DNA from: Vicugna vicugna | Lineage: Eukaryota | Assembly: GCA_013265495.1 (NCBI GenBank) | Contig: MU057930.1 | Location: forward strand, 1,504,057-1,568,056 | Length of the DNA stretch: 64,000 nt | Direction: 5' to 3' | Shown: positions 39,481 through 51,879 of the stretch, piece after piece | How positions within the stretch are numbered: the first letter of the stretch is position 1 | How the letters are laid out: every line of letters starts with the position of its first letter | Made by a program: the position numbers and the translations under genes | Notes under the pieces: model-generated | The model's input: only the letters and a program-made list of their open reading frames with translations | Database searches by the model: none | What the model was told of the DNA's origin: nothing

Positions 39481-40024
39481 CGCTCCACCCTACCGACCCT
39501 GCACGACCCTTACAGTGTTGGTCGGCCTCTCTCTCGTGGTGCCCCTGGGGTTGGGTACGCTGAGCTGGGCTGCAACCAAATACCACAGACGCAACACGGA
39601 CACTGGCAGGTAAAGAGAATGAAGACCAAGCCAAGTGCTTCTCGGGTCCATCTTTCACTGATGTCCAGGGGATGGAGACAACAGTATCTCGCCGTACACC
39701 CAACAATCAAGCTGGTGTCCCAGGGAGGCTAGTGCTGCCCCCACGCAGTCCGTGAACAGACTCCCTCTGTGCAGACTGGGCATGAAGTGTGACATGTTCA
39801 CCAGGCGCAGCACAGGGGAGCTCAGGCCATTAAGCAGAACACACGCTGCAGCAGCATTCGGAGACAGTCCCCCCACCCCCGCCTGTGCTTTCTGTCCTGG
39901 CCTGCAGCACCACGCCCCCGCCCGCCCTCAGTCCCCACGGCCGGTGCTGGGTGCTGGCGAGGCATCCCCGGGCACCCAGATGCAGCACCAGGACCGAGTG
40001 GCCACTTTTAAACTGGACAGAGAA

Positions 40025-40155
40025 GGGGAGGGTACAGCTCAGTGGTAGAGCGCGTGCTTGGCATGCACGAGGTCCCGGGTTCAATCCCCAGCACCTCCTC
40101 TAAGAATAAATAAACCTAATTACTTCCCTCCCCGCCAAGTACACTAAAATGAAAA
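40025..40155 (+). mobile_element. Vic-1-like SINE, CpG-retaining copy
   Basis: ggggagggtacagctcagtggtagagcgcgtgcttggcatgcacgaggtcccgggttcaatcccc plus tail taaacctaattacttccc. Confidence 0.92.
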
Positions 40156-40291
40156 ATGAATTGCTCGTGGTGGTCAGCTGCTGCAGGACCCCACAAGCTA
40201 GGGGACGGCCACCCCGGAATCAGCCCGCAACCTTCTGTTCCCCGTCTGTATAGAAAATGGGAGTTTCCTTGGCCCCCCGGCTGGCTCATAC

Positions 40292-40716
40292 ATTACTGGG
40301 CTGCACCCCGCAGGCCTACAAGGCTTGGAGTTGCTCAGCCTCAAAGCCAATGAGAGAGCCCGGAGTCAGTGACAGAAGCATCCGTGGTTTAACAGACGGG
40401 GAAATGTACACGTCTGAAGCCAGGTCCTGGAGCAGCACCTCACGCACCGTGTGCGGCAGACAGTGAGCAGGACGTGGCACAGTCTTCTCTGCCCGGGGGA
40501 GAAGGAGGCTACCGTTTATAAGGGGGAGCTGACATCAGGTTGGCTCATTCGTTGCCAGGGGGACCTGCAACTTGGTCAGGGGGCAAGCAGGGAGGCAGTT
40601 ACTAATTAGTCCTCATTGTTAAGAGGATTGGGTAGTCGTGTGAGTGATCAGAACTGGTCGAGCAGGGGATGGCGGACAGCAGAGCAAGAGGACACCCATC
40701 TGGCATGGCCTGACCC

Positions 40717-40718
<2 letters not shown>
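40292..40718 (-). mobile_element. Probable ERV solo LTR, copy 2
   Basis: Shares ggggagaaggaggctacc, gggggagctga, ttaagagga, agagcaagaggaca with copy 1; gtttataag reads as TATAAA on the minus strand. Confidence 0.6.
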
Positions 40719-40763
<45 letters not shown>

Positions 40764-40952
40764 TGATAGATAGATAGCTAGATAGATAGATTGATAGATT
40801 AGATGAATGGATGGATAGATGGATAGATAGATATGATGGATGGATAGGTAGGTAGGTAGGTAGGTAGAAAGATAGATAGATGGATGGATAGATTGGATGG
40901 ATGGATGGGTAGATAGGTAGATAGACAGACAGACGGATGGATGGACGGACAG
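40718..40952. repeat. (GATA)n/(GGAT)n/(GGTA)n compound tetranucleotide array
   Basis: Directly visible. Confidence 0.97.
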
Positions 40953-43021
40953 AGATTAAATATATGATGCGTATTATTCCCAATAGATCCTGTCTTCTCC
41001 TCAAAAACTTCTAGATACTTTGGTCCAAATGGATGTATTATAAAAATAACATAGTATGTTTCACAGATCCTCCCACCCCCCACAAAGTGTCTCCCGCATC
41101 ACCTCATTGGAACCACCGGCTAATTTCTCTTTAACCCGTGACCTGGCTACTGGGGGGTCTGATCCCTCACATTTGGAGAAACAGCGGTGAGAATGTGAAT
41201 TACACCAGCGTCTCTGCGTCTGAAAGCAGCACGTGGAGGTGACGTGTTCGCTGTTGCAGAAGAAATGAACGCTAGCTCGCAATATTGGAAAGCGTTTCCA
41301 CTGCCTCAGAGCTCATCAAAGCCTTTGTTTTCTAGTGATCTCTTTCGTTATTTTGAAACCCAGTCCTTCGAATCAAACAATGAGTTACCTCCCCGCTCCA
41401 CCCCGCTCCCTGCCACCGTTTCCCTACCTTAATTTTTTTCTCTCCAGCTCCCTGAAGGTGAATTCGGATGAGGAAGTAAACACGTTTTCGAGTCAGAAGG
41501 CACAAGGTAATTTGAAATGTAGAATGCAGCAGATTCCAAGACGAAGAAGTGAATGCCCACACCCAAAGGCACAAAGTAATTATTTTCCAAAGAGTGTGTC
41601 TGCTAATCCGTAACTGCCAGATGCACAGGGCTTTAATAAGACAGGTGGCCGAGAAGGAATATTAAACAATTCTTCTTTGTACCAACTAAATCGGGCTCGA
41701 GCCGACCGCCACACAAGGCGCTGTTCTGCAAACACCATGTAAACAGCTCTTCCCCGGAGCAGAGCCAGGCGGCCTCAACTGGGTGCAAACTCAGTAACAC
41801 ACTTACTGCTTCACCTGTGCACCACGGTGTGGCCTGTTTACCTCCAGGTGGGTGGATGAAAGCTGTGAACCGCTGCGAGGAGTCAGGCTCAGACACCTCA
41901 CAAAGGAGACGAGGGAGAAACAGCCCTCGTGGGGTTGATGGGAAGATAGACAGGAGCAGGGACGGCTGCCTCCTTCTGCCATCTCGTCTCAGAGCAGGAC
42001 CCTACGAAGCCGGCCCAGGACAGAAGCACGCCCCCGCAGCGTCCTCCCCACCACGGCCTCTTATCTGTAGAAAAACAGTAGCTAAAGAAGAAATGGAATT
42101 TGCAGACGGGAGAAGACGCGGAAGCAAAGGAAAGCGGGCAAACGAGACGAAATCATCATAGTCTGGTTATTCAACAAAGTCAGGGGCCTTAGTTGCTCCA
42201 CAAAGGCTACAGATCGTATTCTGAGCCACATCCTTTGAGCCGTTTTGCAGACATTGAAAGCCCTAGCAGGTGGAAGATGTCACCTGCATGACCAGGATGT
42301 AGACGTGATGTAAGCGCATAGGTGTTCTAAGCGTGAAGGCAGACTCACAAACTATTTTTAAACCTTTTATAGATTTGGCAACGTGGAACCATACATTTCT
42401 GGGTTCCGATATAGCATCTGATGAAGGATGCCACGAATATAGTAAAGCCGAGTTATAAATCCTTGAAAGATGCTATCAGTATAATAATGTGTGTGTAACC
42501 CTATTGAAATCATATCAGTTTTAGAGGTCATTCTTCATATCTTGAGAAACAAAACATGTCATTTTATGATGAAATTTAGACCGCAACCCCATTTCCCCAC
42601 ATAGTTGATTGAAATTTTTAATTAATTTAAAAACCTTTGTCAATATAAAGTACAAAAAAAAAACATTTCACATTTATTTTGTGCTTTTTTTTTTGATTCC
42701 TAGTGTCACTGACCATTTGTCGTAAGTTCTTGAGCCATTTACAGTTTTTTCCATGAATACCTTTTTCTTCATATTTTAGAATTAATCTAGCGGTCTGATT
42801 AAAACGGTTCAAGTGGTCTGATCATTCTATTAACTTTTCCTACTCATTGGAAGGACTCTTTCTTCAAATACTAAAATTGGACAATCACCCCTCCTACGTG
42901 TTGAAATGATAGAAAAGACCACCATTTCAGTTTTCCTTGTTTTCTTTGTTTATCGTTTCTGGCTTCTGTATGCGCAATCTAGAATTTGACACGTGGACTG
43001 GGATATTTGATGCCATGGGTT

Positions 43022-43360
43022 TTTTTTTTTTAAATTGAAGAACATAGTTGATTTGCAAAGTTGTGTTACTTCTGTGCATACAGCAAAGTGATTCAGTTAT
43101 ACACATGTGTATAAATCTATTCTTTTCCATTAAAAGTTACTACAAGAAACTGAATAGCGTTCCTTGCGCTCTACAGCAGGACTCTGCTGTTTATTTTTGT
43201 CATATTCAGTAGTATGTATCTGCTAATCTCGAACTCCAAATTTATCCCTCCTTGCTTCCCCAGTGGTAACCATAGGTTTGTTTTCTATGTCTGTGAGTCT
43301 GTTTCTGGTTTGTAAATAAGTTTATTTGTATCATTTTTTAGATGCCTCATGTAAGTGACA
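43022..43360 (-). mobile_element. L1 3' end, antisense
   Basis: Poly-T, then aattgaagaacatagttgatttg...gtgattcagttatac...tctatgtctgtgagtctgtttctg. Confidence 0.9.
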
Positions 43361-44496
43361 ATTCTCACGGTTTTATCATTCTCTGTTCTTATGTAAATTT
43401 TAGGAAGATTGTTCCACTGCCAAATCTGCAAAATATTAGCCTTCTTTTCTCCTAATAATATTTTTTTTGTTTTGCTTCTTTTCAGGTTTTTAAGACTTTT
43501 AAAATCTTGTGTGTGTAGGTAGAAATCTATGTTTAGCACCACTTAGGCAGCCAAATATCCTAACAAGATTTATGCAAATAACTCATTGATTTAATATAAT
43601 CTTCTAATGTATGATAAATGTCTTCTTCTCCTGGATCTGCCTTAGATTTAAATTTTTGTTTCTTAGTGCTATATTTTTTTCTCTGTGATTTTAGCTCCTG
43701 TTTCTATGACAGTGGTAGAGAAGGACCTCTTAAAGCTGGGGAAGCAGTATTTCCCCCTTATATCTATTTCTCAAACATTTTTTCCCTAATTAACATAGCA
43801 TAGTTCTCAACCCCAAAATGTGAAACTGACTCTGGTAAATTATGCCAAAACGCCTGTCCGTTGGATTGAACCAGATCGCATTCATAGATTAATTTAAGAT
43901 GGATGGGTATCTTACGCATAGCATTTCAAAGTCGTAAGGAAAAAATAAAGTATCAATTTGAAACACTAGTCCAAAAGCATGTGGTAAGAGTACTTTATTT
44001 ACACACCCAACATACGATTCCCGGGACCGTGCTGTTTTCTTGAATTATTCTTAAGCCACGGAAGCCATAGAATATTCTGATTAATACCCGGTCTCATAAG
44101 GGAAGCCAGATTTTGCATGGGCTGGCTCACATCAGACCTAAACCCATAAGATTTAGTAACAGATCTTGCAAGAAAAGAGTGCTATGCCTTCACTGACTTC
44201 TGCAGGCGTTTCATTTCACTTTTCAGTTGAAAACAGCTGGGGTAGCAGGTGGCTGAGTAGGACGCATGCAACGGTGGAAAATATCAACTCTAATTTTTCC
44301 TAAATAAAACAAATAATAGGAGATATGACAGATCCCAGCTTCCACGGTGTAGAGAAACCACTTAAGAGGATTGAAAAAGGCATGCTATAACGTAATTCCT
44401 TAGCTTATAAAGCTGATTTTGTCTTGTTAACAGAATCTGATTCAAAATTAATAAGTATTATTTTTCTCCCCACAACTAAACAAAACTCCATTAATG

Positions 44497-45470
44497 GCTC
44501 ATACAGCTTAATAAGTAAAAAACAAATAATCCAATCTAAAATGGGCAGAAGATCTAAACAAGCAGTTCTCCAAGGAAGACATACGAATGACCAATAGGCG
44601 TGAAAAAATGCTCAATATCACTAATTATCAGACAAATGCAAATCAAAACTACAATGAGGTATCACCTCACACCAGTCAGAATGGCCATCATTCAAAAGTC
44701 CACAAATGACAAATTGTGGAGAGGCTGTGGAGAAAGGGGAGCCCTCCTACACTGCTGGTGGGAATGCAGTTTGGTGCAGCCACTGTGGAAAACAGTATGG
44801 AGATTCCTCAAAAGACTAGGAATAGACTTACCATATGACCCAGGGATCTGCTCCTGGACACATATCCAGAAGGAACCCTACTTCAGGATGACACCTGCAC
44901 CCCAATGTTCATAGCAGCAGTATTTACAATAGCCAAGACATGGAAACAGCCTAAATGCCCATTAACAGATGACTGGATAGAGAAGAGGTGGTATATTTAT
45001 GCAATGGAATACTACTCAGCCATAAAAATAATAGAATAATGCCATTTGCAGCCACATGGATGGACCTGGAGGTCATTATTCTAAATGAAGTAAGCCAGAA
45101 AGAGCAGGAAAAATACCATATGCTATCACTTATATGTGGAATCTAAAAATAAAAAGGACAAATGAACTTATTTACAAAACAGAAACAGACTCACTGACAT
45201 AGAAAACAAACTATGGTTACGAGGCAGGGAAGGTGGTGGGAGTGGATAAATTGGGAGTCTGAGATTTGCAGATACTAACTACTATATATAAAATAGACAA
45301 ACAACAAGTTTATAGCATACAGCACAGGGAACTATATTCAATATCATGTAGCAACTTATGGTTAAAAATATGAAAACGAATATATGTATGTTCCTATATG
45401 TCTGAAGTATTTGTGCTGTACAGCAGAAATTGACACAAGATTGTAAACTTCAATTAAAATATATTGGAAA
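44497..45470 (+). mobile_element. Young L1, 5'-truncated (ORF2 C-terminus plus 3'UTR)
   Basis: ORF 44600: [30 protein letters not shown]...[21 protein letters not shown], the L1 ORF2 cysteine-rich region. Confidence 0.95.
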
Positions 45471-45781
45471 AAAGTCCATTAATGGAATAGTATATATTGA
45501 AAGCATGAATGATTTTATTTTATATGTGGCTAGAACTAGGTCTCCAGATGTTTTTCCTAATCTGCTGCAACTTTATGCCCCCTTTATACCCCCAGGAAAC
45601 AAAAAAGGGTGTGTGTGGGGTGGAGGGAATAAATAATTAAATAGAACTAACACATTTAGCAATGGTGTGGTTTTCATCTCAAGCAAGAGCTTCATCAATT
45701 CCCAGAAAGATACTCGATTTGGTGAGTTTCAAGAGGTAATTTCTTCTGGTCCCCACATTACAAAAATATTTATTTAAAGTC

Positions 45782-45799
45782 CACACACACACACACACA

Positions 45800-45832
<33 letters not shown>
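45782..45832. repeat. (CA)n(CT)n compound microsatellite
   Basis: Directly visible. Confidence 0.95.
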
Positions 45833-46109
45833 ACATCGGAAGAAAGCTCATAATTACAGTGGGAGTCTTCCAACATACATCTTTCTAGATTGACTATTTC
45901 ATTTTCAGGTAAATAATATATTATGAATTATTAAGCCTCACTGTGATACAAAGATGGTTAATGAGTATCTTCTGTTTGCTTTTTTTTGCTGAAGCATGTG
46001 TTTCCTGATGTCGAATTAAAGGAAGCTGGGAGGAGGGAAACTCAGTTTGTGGATAATTTTAGAATATATTGTAGCAACATTTCAGCAAAAGTTAACTTCT
46101 TGTAACTTC

Positions 46110-46296
46110 TTTTTTTTCAAAATTTCTTTTGAAGTGGAGGCAGTTTACAATGTGTCAGTTTCTGGTGCACAGCACAACGCTTCAGTCATATAGGAACATA
46201 CATATGTTTGTTTTCCTATTCTTTTTCACCATAAGTGACTGTAAGACATTGCATGTAGTTTCCTCTGCTCTACAGTATAAACTTGCTGTTTATCAG
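46110..46296 (-). mobile_element. Short L1 3' end, antisense
   Basis: ttgaagtggaggcagtttacaatgtgtcagtttctggtgcacagc...tacagtataaacttgctgtttatc; reverse complement of the 36652 and 55400 type. Confidence 0.85.
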
Positions 46297-47770
46297 ATTT
46301 TTTGAGAATCCTTCTGTATTGCGGAACGAGAGACACTCTGCCAGAGTTCAGTAGGTGTTCTGTGAGACTCAGTAGCTGTGTACATGTAATTCTTGGTGTG
46401 TTTGTGGGAGAGGGTGAGCTCTGAGTCTCTCTACTCCGCCCTCTTGGCTCAACCCCCTCGCAACTTCTAAAGACCCCCATATAGTGAAGGCACACGTATT
46501 TCTGTGCTCAGGTCACTGAGGTCAGAGGGAGTCCAGGGGACCACAGAGCGGGTCTGCTCTTGAGTATTCTGTATCTCTAAGCATTTCGGCATCAGATGCA
46601 CACGGATATCTCCAGGTCACTTGCATGCCTGCCATCCGCATATTTCCCTTCTAGGGGCACCTGGTCCAAGTGTGCTTTCTGTCAACCAGCGGGAACGATG
46701 GGCTTGCTCTTGGTCCAATGTCAAGGCAACAGTGGCGCCGTATGCCACTGTCTCAGCATCCCGATAAATCTCTTTCCCCTTCCCTTTCTGTTTTGCTCCC
46801 TCTCATTTCGCTCTTTCTCTCAAAACCCACATTGTCTCTGGAGGCTGAGTATTTTTTTTCCCTCTTCTCCACCTTTTCTTTGGTCATCGGTCCCTCTGTC
46901 CTTTTTTCCACCCCCTGTCCTGGGTCAGCAATGTCATGGCTTTGTGAAGTGCTGTTTGTAAGGACGACAAAGATAAATTGAGAAGGGTAATACACACATT
47001 TATTGTGAAGTCGCCCCCTGGGCCGGGGACGTACAGAAGTCCCATAACGCATGTCGGTATGCAACTGAATGCTAAAAAGTATCAAGTCAGTTCATGCAGT
47101 TGGAAAAAGAAGACTGTAACTTCTTACTGACAATGTTGAGAACATACCTCTTTCATTTTCAGACCGACGTGTACTTCACAAGCAAACGCCTTCCTTGAGC
47201 TAAGACTGTATCTTTGACTTTTAGTTTTAATGTTTTTGCTTTGTTTTATATTGGAGGGCGCAGGACGATCTCAGGGAAGAAACTCAGTGACGCTGAAGTG
47301 TAAATGTGCACCATTTTAGTGGAAACTTCCATACTCTCGACGCTAAAATTACTGCTTTACCAGATGTCAAGTCTTTTTTTCCAGTAATTATCCATCACGC
47401 TGACAACTTTCTGAATAAATGCAAGAACATATTTATAAAATCTCTCTTTGTAATTTTTGTTCTGTTTACAGCACCCCCCCGCCCCGGCACTGATTCGGAC
47501 CCATTTCAAGGGCACTTCCTCCACGTCTCCCATCCTAGCTCCGCTGTTTTGTTGTCATTTTTGGAACGGTAGCTTGGTTGTTAAACTAGACCATACACTT
47601 GTGAATTACTGGTAAGACACTGACACTTCATCTTAGCCTTTTAGGCCTGGCGAGTTTTTAGCGACATCACTGATACGACTTCGAGTACTGGTAAAACTGA
47701 CAATATATGTGAACCACTGTAGAGAAATGCAGAATGACTTCTTATGGATTAGTTTAAAGGCAATATTTTA

Positions 47771-48018
47771 TTTTATTTTATTTTCGTAGGGGGAGGTAAT
47801 TAGGTTTATTTATTTATATTTAAAGGAGGGAACTGGGAATTGAACCCAGGACCTCGTGCATGGCAGGCATGAACTTTACCACTGAGCTATACCCTCCCCT
47901 CAAAGGTTTTTTTTTTTTTTAAATTCATTTATTTATCTTTGGAGGAGGTACTGGGGATTGAACCTGGAACCTCTTGCACGCTAAGCATGCACTCTACCAC
48001 TTGAGCTACACCCTCCCC
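47771..48018 (-). mobile_element. Two tandem Vic-1-like SINEs, antisense, within a single 15-bp TSD
   Basis: Monomers ~47771-47900 and ~47907-48018; aaaggcaatatttta at 47756-47770 and 48019-48033. Confidence 0.92.
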
Positions 48019-48869
48019 AAAGGCAATATTTTAAAGAGAATTATTTTATCCTCCCTGCTGGGTCATAAGGCATGGGTATTCTGTATGTCTGCCTTCTCTT
48101 AGGCCTTTTTAGCTGATGGGGAAGAGTCTTTGTGACAATGACCCAGATGTAAATATTCCTGACCCCTGTCACCAACAACTACCCTACTTTTCATTCCTCT
48201 CTCTTGTCTTTTGTGCCAGAGTCACTGGGACATTTTAGGATCATATTAAATTGTGGATGCAAAGCATTGAACATTTTTACACTAATGATCACATATGGCT
48301 ACTGGAGAAAAGTTACTAGGCAAAAATACACAAAACAACACATACTATAAAAATCACCTTGAATGAGGCACAGAGTAACCACTTTTAGGGAGCTGTTGTT
48401 GGATCTTCTTACATTTCCTGTAACTTTAAACAGTCACGCAAAAATGGGACGTGTTGTGCATGTCATGTGAGTAATTCTTGCTTTCCCTTCAGTGTTGCAT
48501 GCTGGGCTGTCCTCTGTTCCCTGACATCACCGTTTTTAATGGCCAAGTTAATCCTGGGTTTGGTGTCCAGGATGTTTCCACCATGTCCTGATGGTTGTAC
48601 TCAAGGTTGTTACCCAGGTGGTAAACGGACCACGCCTACCAGCTACTCTCTGTGACGCCACATAGCTGGAAATCAGAATGCCCTGCGATGCTCATGGGAA
48701 CACGTGATTTATGAAATCCTCAGCAGAGGAAGCACGAAAGAAGCAGATTAAAGAAGGAATCAAAATCCAAGGTGCGTGATCTGAATTCTGCATGAACAAG
48801 TCCAAACACTGCCAAATGATATTTGATTCCCTCAATAATTACATGTCTAGAAGATTCAATCTCAAGTAC

Positions 48870-49092
48870 ACAGTCATCCCTCGGTATTGGTGGAGGGTTA
48901 GTTCCAGAATCCTCCCCTCAAATGCCAAAATCAGGAGATGTTCAAGTCCCACAGGGGGCTCTCTAAATCCATGGTTCCACATATGTGGATTCAACCAACC
49001 ACGGATCCTGTACCACTGTGGTATATATTGAAAAAAATCTGAGTGTAAGTGGATTCCTGCATTTCAAACCTCTGTTGTTCATGAGTCACCTG
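48870..49092 (+). mobile_element. MER2-like (TcMar-Tigger) element, both ends present
   Basis: cagtcatccctcggtatt...ttccagaatc...ggattcaaccaaccacggat...ttcaaacctctgttgttcatgagtcacctg. Confidence 0.75.
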
Positions 49093-49314
49093 TCTGTCTA
49101 TCTGTCTATCTAAGTATCTATCTATCTATACACATATATACACACAAATACATATACGTATTTATAAGTTTTTATGTATACAGTCATATAAAATATATAT
49201 GCACTTATATATCTAAATCCTTCTCTAGATATTGTATTTAATGTCACCCCAGCCCAAAAAGTCAGAGTGACACTAGGGAACAGGATTTCCTCAATAGCCA
49301 AGTTGATCTAGTTA

Positions 49315-49510
49315 ATATCTATTACCCTTTTACTATGTGCCAGGCATTTACTTCCTACGGTAAATAATTTCATAGTCTTTGAGAAATCAACAGGGTGCCA
49401 TATTATCATCATTCCTCCTTTTAGAGTCAAGGAGATGGAGGTTGCATCAAAGATACATTTGCCCAGGGCTAGCTGAGTTGCTGATAGCTCGTAACCTGAT
49501 TTCCAAACCA
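49315..49510. mobile_element. MIR SINE
   Basis: tactatgtgccaggca...cattattatcatcattcctccttttagag...atttgcccagggct. Confidence 0.65.
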
Positions 49511-50094
49511 GCATTCCTCGGCACAGTCTTGACATTGCCAAAGAAAGAAACACAAGGAAGTAGAGATGCCTTGGAAGTTTCCATTCAATTCAAGTTGCCT
49601 CTGCACATTGTTTCACCCTGCGCCACGGTGGCTGATGTATAGCGGCAATCCGCAGTCGAAACGTATCATCAAATGACGTTCTTTACGATATAGAAATAAC
49701 ATACGAAGCATCATTTTATCAGGCAGGTTCCGTGAAACTCACGTGTATTTTGCCTTCCAGGGTACCTAAAGGTCATGTTTGGACCTTCATTTTATTCTCT
49801 AGATTTTTTTTTTTTTTGCACACTTGACCTGATTTAGGTCAACCTAAATCAAGAGATTCTCTCAAATAATAATAAAATATAATATAAATAATAAAATAAT
49901 CAAATAATAATAAAAAAGGACTGACATGCTTTTATTTAAGAATAAATTTTGGATTCATTAAATAACAGGGCAGAGAAAACCACTTTGCTAACTGAACGCA
50001 CGATTCCATGCAAACAGATCTGAAATCAAAGGAGATGAAATAGTGTGCAAGGAGAGGAAGCGGCCTCCTTTCTCCACAACTGTTTTAGAAAGCG

Positions 50095-50300
50095 TTATGA
50101 GTTGCACGCTGCAGGAGTGCCTGCAGTGAAGCCTCCCTGCCGCCTGGCCGGCCGCCTGCTCCCACTCCCCTGGACTCCCGCCCGTCCTCATCCTGGGCTG
50201 TGAATCCGTCCCCCGGCGCCCTCCCCACGGGGCCAGGGCAGCTGCGACAGAGAAAGAACGCTCATCTGTGAAGCCCTTCTGCGGATAAACACTCTTCATC
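50095..50300. promoter_or_regulatory. Small GC/CpG-rich patch, possible regulatory element
   Basis: gcctccctgccgcctggccggccgcc...ctcccgcccg...ccccggcgcc in an AT-rich context; composition only. Confidence 0.3.
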
Positions 50301-51879
50301 TATGAACGAATTAATCCTTTGATAAAAGCTCACTTTGTTAAGTGGCTTGGCTTTCAAAAAAACAGCCCACATGGATGTTTGCATGAGTCCTTTAAAGGCT
50401 ATCAAATGACACGGGATGGCTACAAAAATATTGTGTCGGGCTTCTGGTAAACCTACGCCCTAACTATTCCTACCGGGGATGGGAAAAGATGGCCCAGCTC
50501 TGGGGGTTGAATTAGCTGTGCGGATACGTAAGTCTTCCATGTGGATCCATTTGAATGCAACGTGCGTGATGGCATTATTATTTCACAACTCGTCAACATG
50601 AAGGTTCTTTTCCATTGAAACTAGGAGACTAGTGAGAATGCATACCCGAAAAAGTAACAGTCTAACCCATACACCGAATTGGGTCACTGGAACACGGTTT
50701 CACTGGAAATGGAGGCTCTGCTGTCTCCTTGTCGCAGAAAGGCAGTTAATATGAAGCCCAGCACGGATCGTGTGCGATCATCTCATTGGCACCGCATTTA
50801 CAGTGCCTGTGGGTCTTTTAAGCCTCAGTGGTGGTGCTAAGAGCTTCGATATTTCAGTGCAGTGCACGTGCTATGCCAAAGACGATGGCTCTTGCTCATT
50901 GTGTATCTGGAGAGAAAGGGAGGTGGGGAGGTTGCTAGGAAATGCCAAAGTGATTTTTCCCGTTCAAAGAGAATTCACACCCGATGAGCTGGTTTTTTCT
51001 TTCCTTTGGGGAATTGCAAGAGACCAGCAGCAACATAGACCTTAAAATGCAATCAGACGTGAAGCAAAACGGGAACGTAAAAAATCCTAAGACAAGCCAT
51101 GAAACAATCACATTCAAAATACACAAAAATGAATCTTTCCAGATCCTCTTTAGAACAATACATGGAAAGATGGGACTCCTGTAGAAACCCAGCATGTTTT
51201 AAATTAAAAGTAAGAGGTTAAGGGGCAAGATGTGACATCAGTCAGTGGCCAAAATGAACCAAGATGAGGGGCCTTCTAGAACGGAAGAAAAGACAGCTTT
51301 CGAGGAAGTGGATATCAGGAAACAGACAACAGTGATCATGCACAGATGCCAGACAAGCCATTTGACACTGACTACGTCCCAAGCTTATTGTGTTGAGAAT
51401 GTTTTCCAGCCATGAGCCGGGGAAAGAGAATCCAGGCAGAGCCCAGAAAGCTTCTCTGACTCTCAGGAGACCAAGGCAGGTAGGGTTCTTGGGACAGAGA
51501 ACGAGAAAAGAGGTGGTTTCCCGCAGAGAGAAGAATGGAGGTCTGCAGAGAGTCCCCCCACATTGTCAGCTGAGGAAATAGCAGTGCTTGTCGCTGAGGA
51601 AGCAGCTACTCAAGTCTCAAGAATCTCAGAAAAGACATTTTCCCCCTCACCTTTTGCGTTTTGTATTTTTACTAAATATTGCAGTGTATTTTTAAAAAAT
51701 GAGGCCAAGAGAAATACCAGAAGAGAAGATGAGAAGGAATATTTCCCAGAGATCACCCAGGACCAGGACCGGTTTCTGCTCCAACTTGGAAAAACCTCGT
51801 TACGGGATACTGGATATGATGCCCAGAAGGGTTCTGCCTCATTAAGGCATAATTAGCCTTTACCTGACAACCACTCTAG

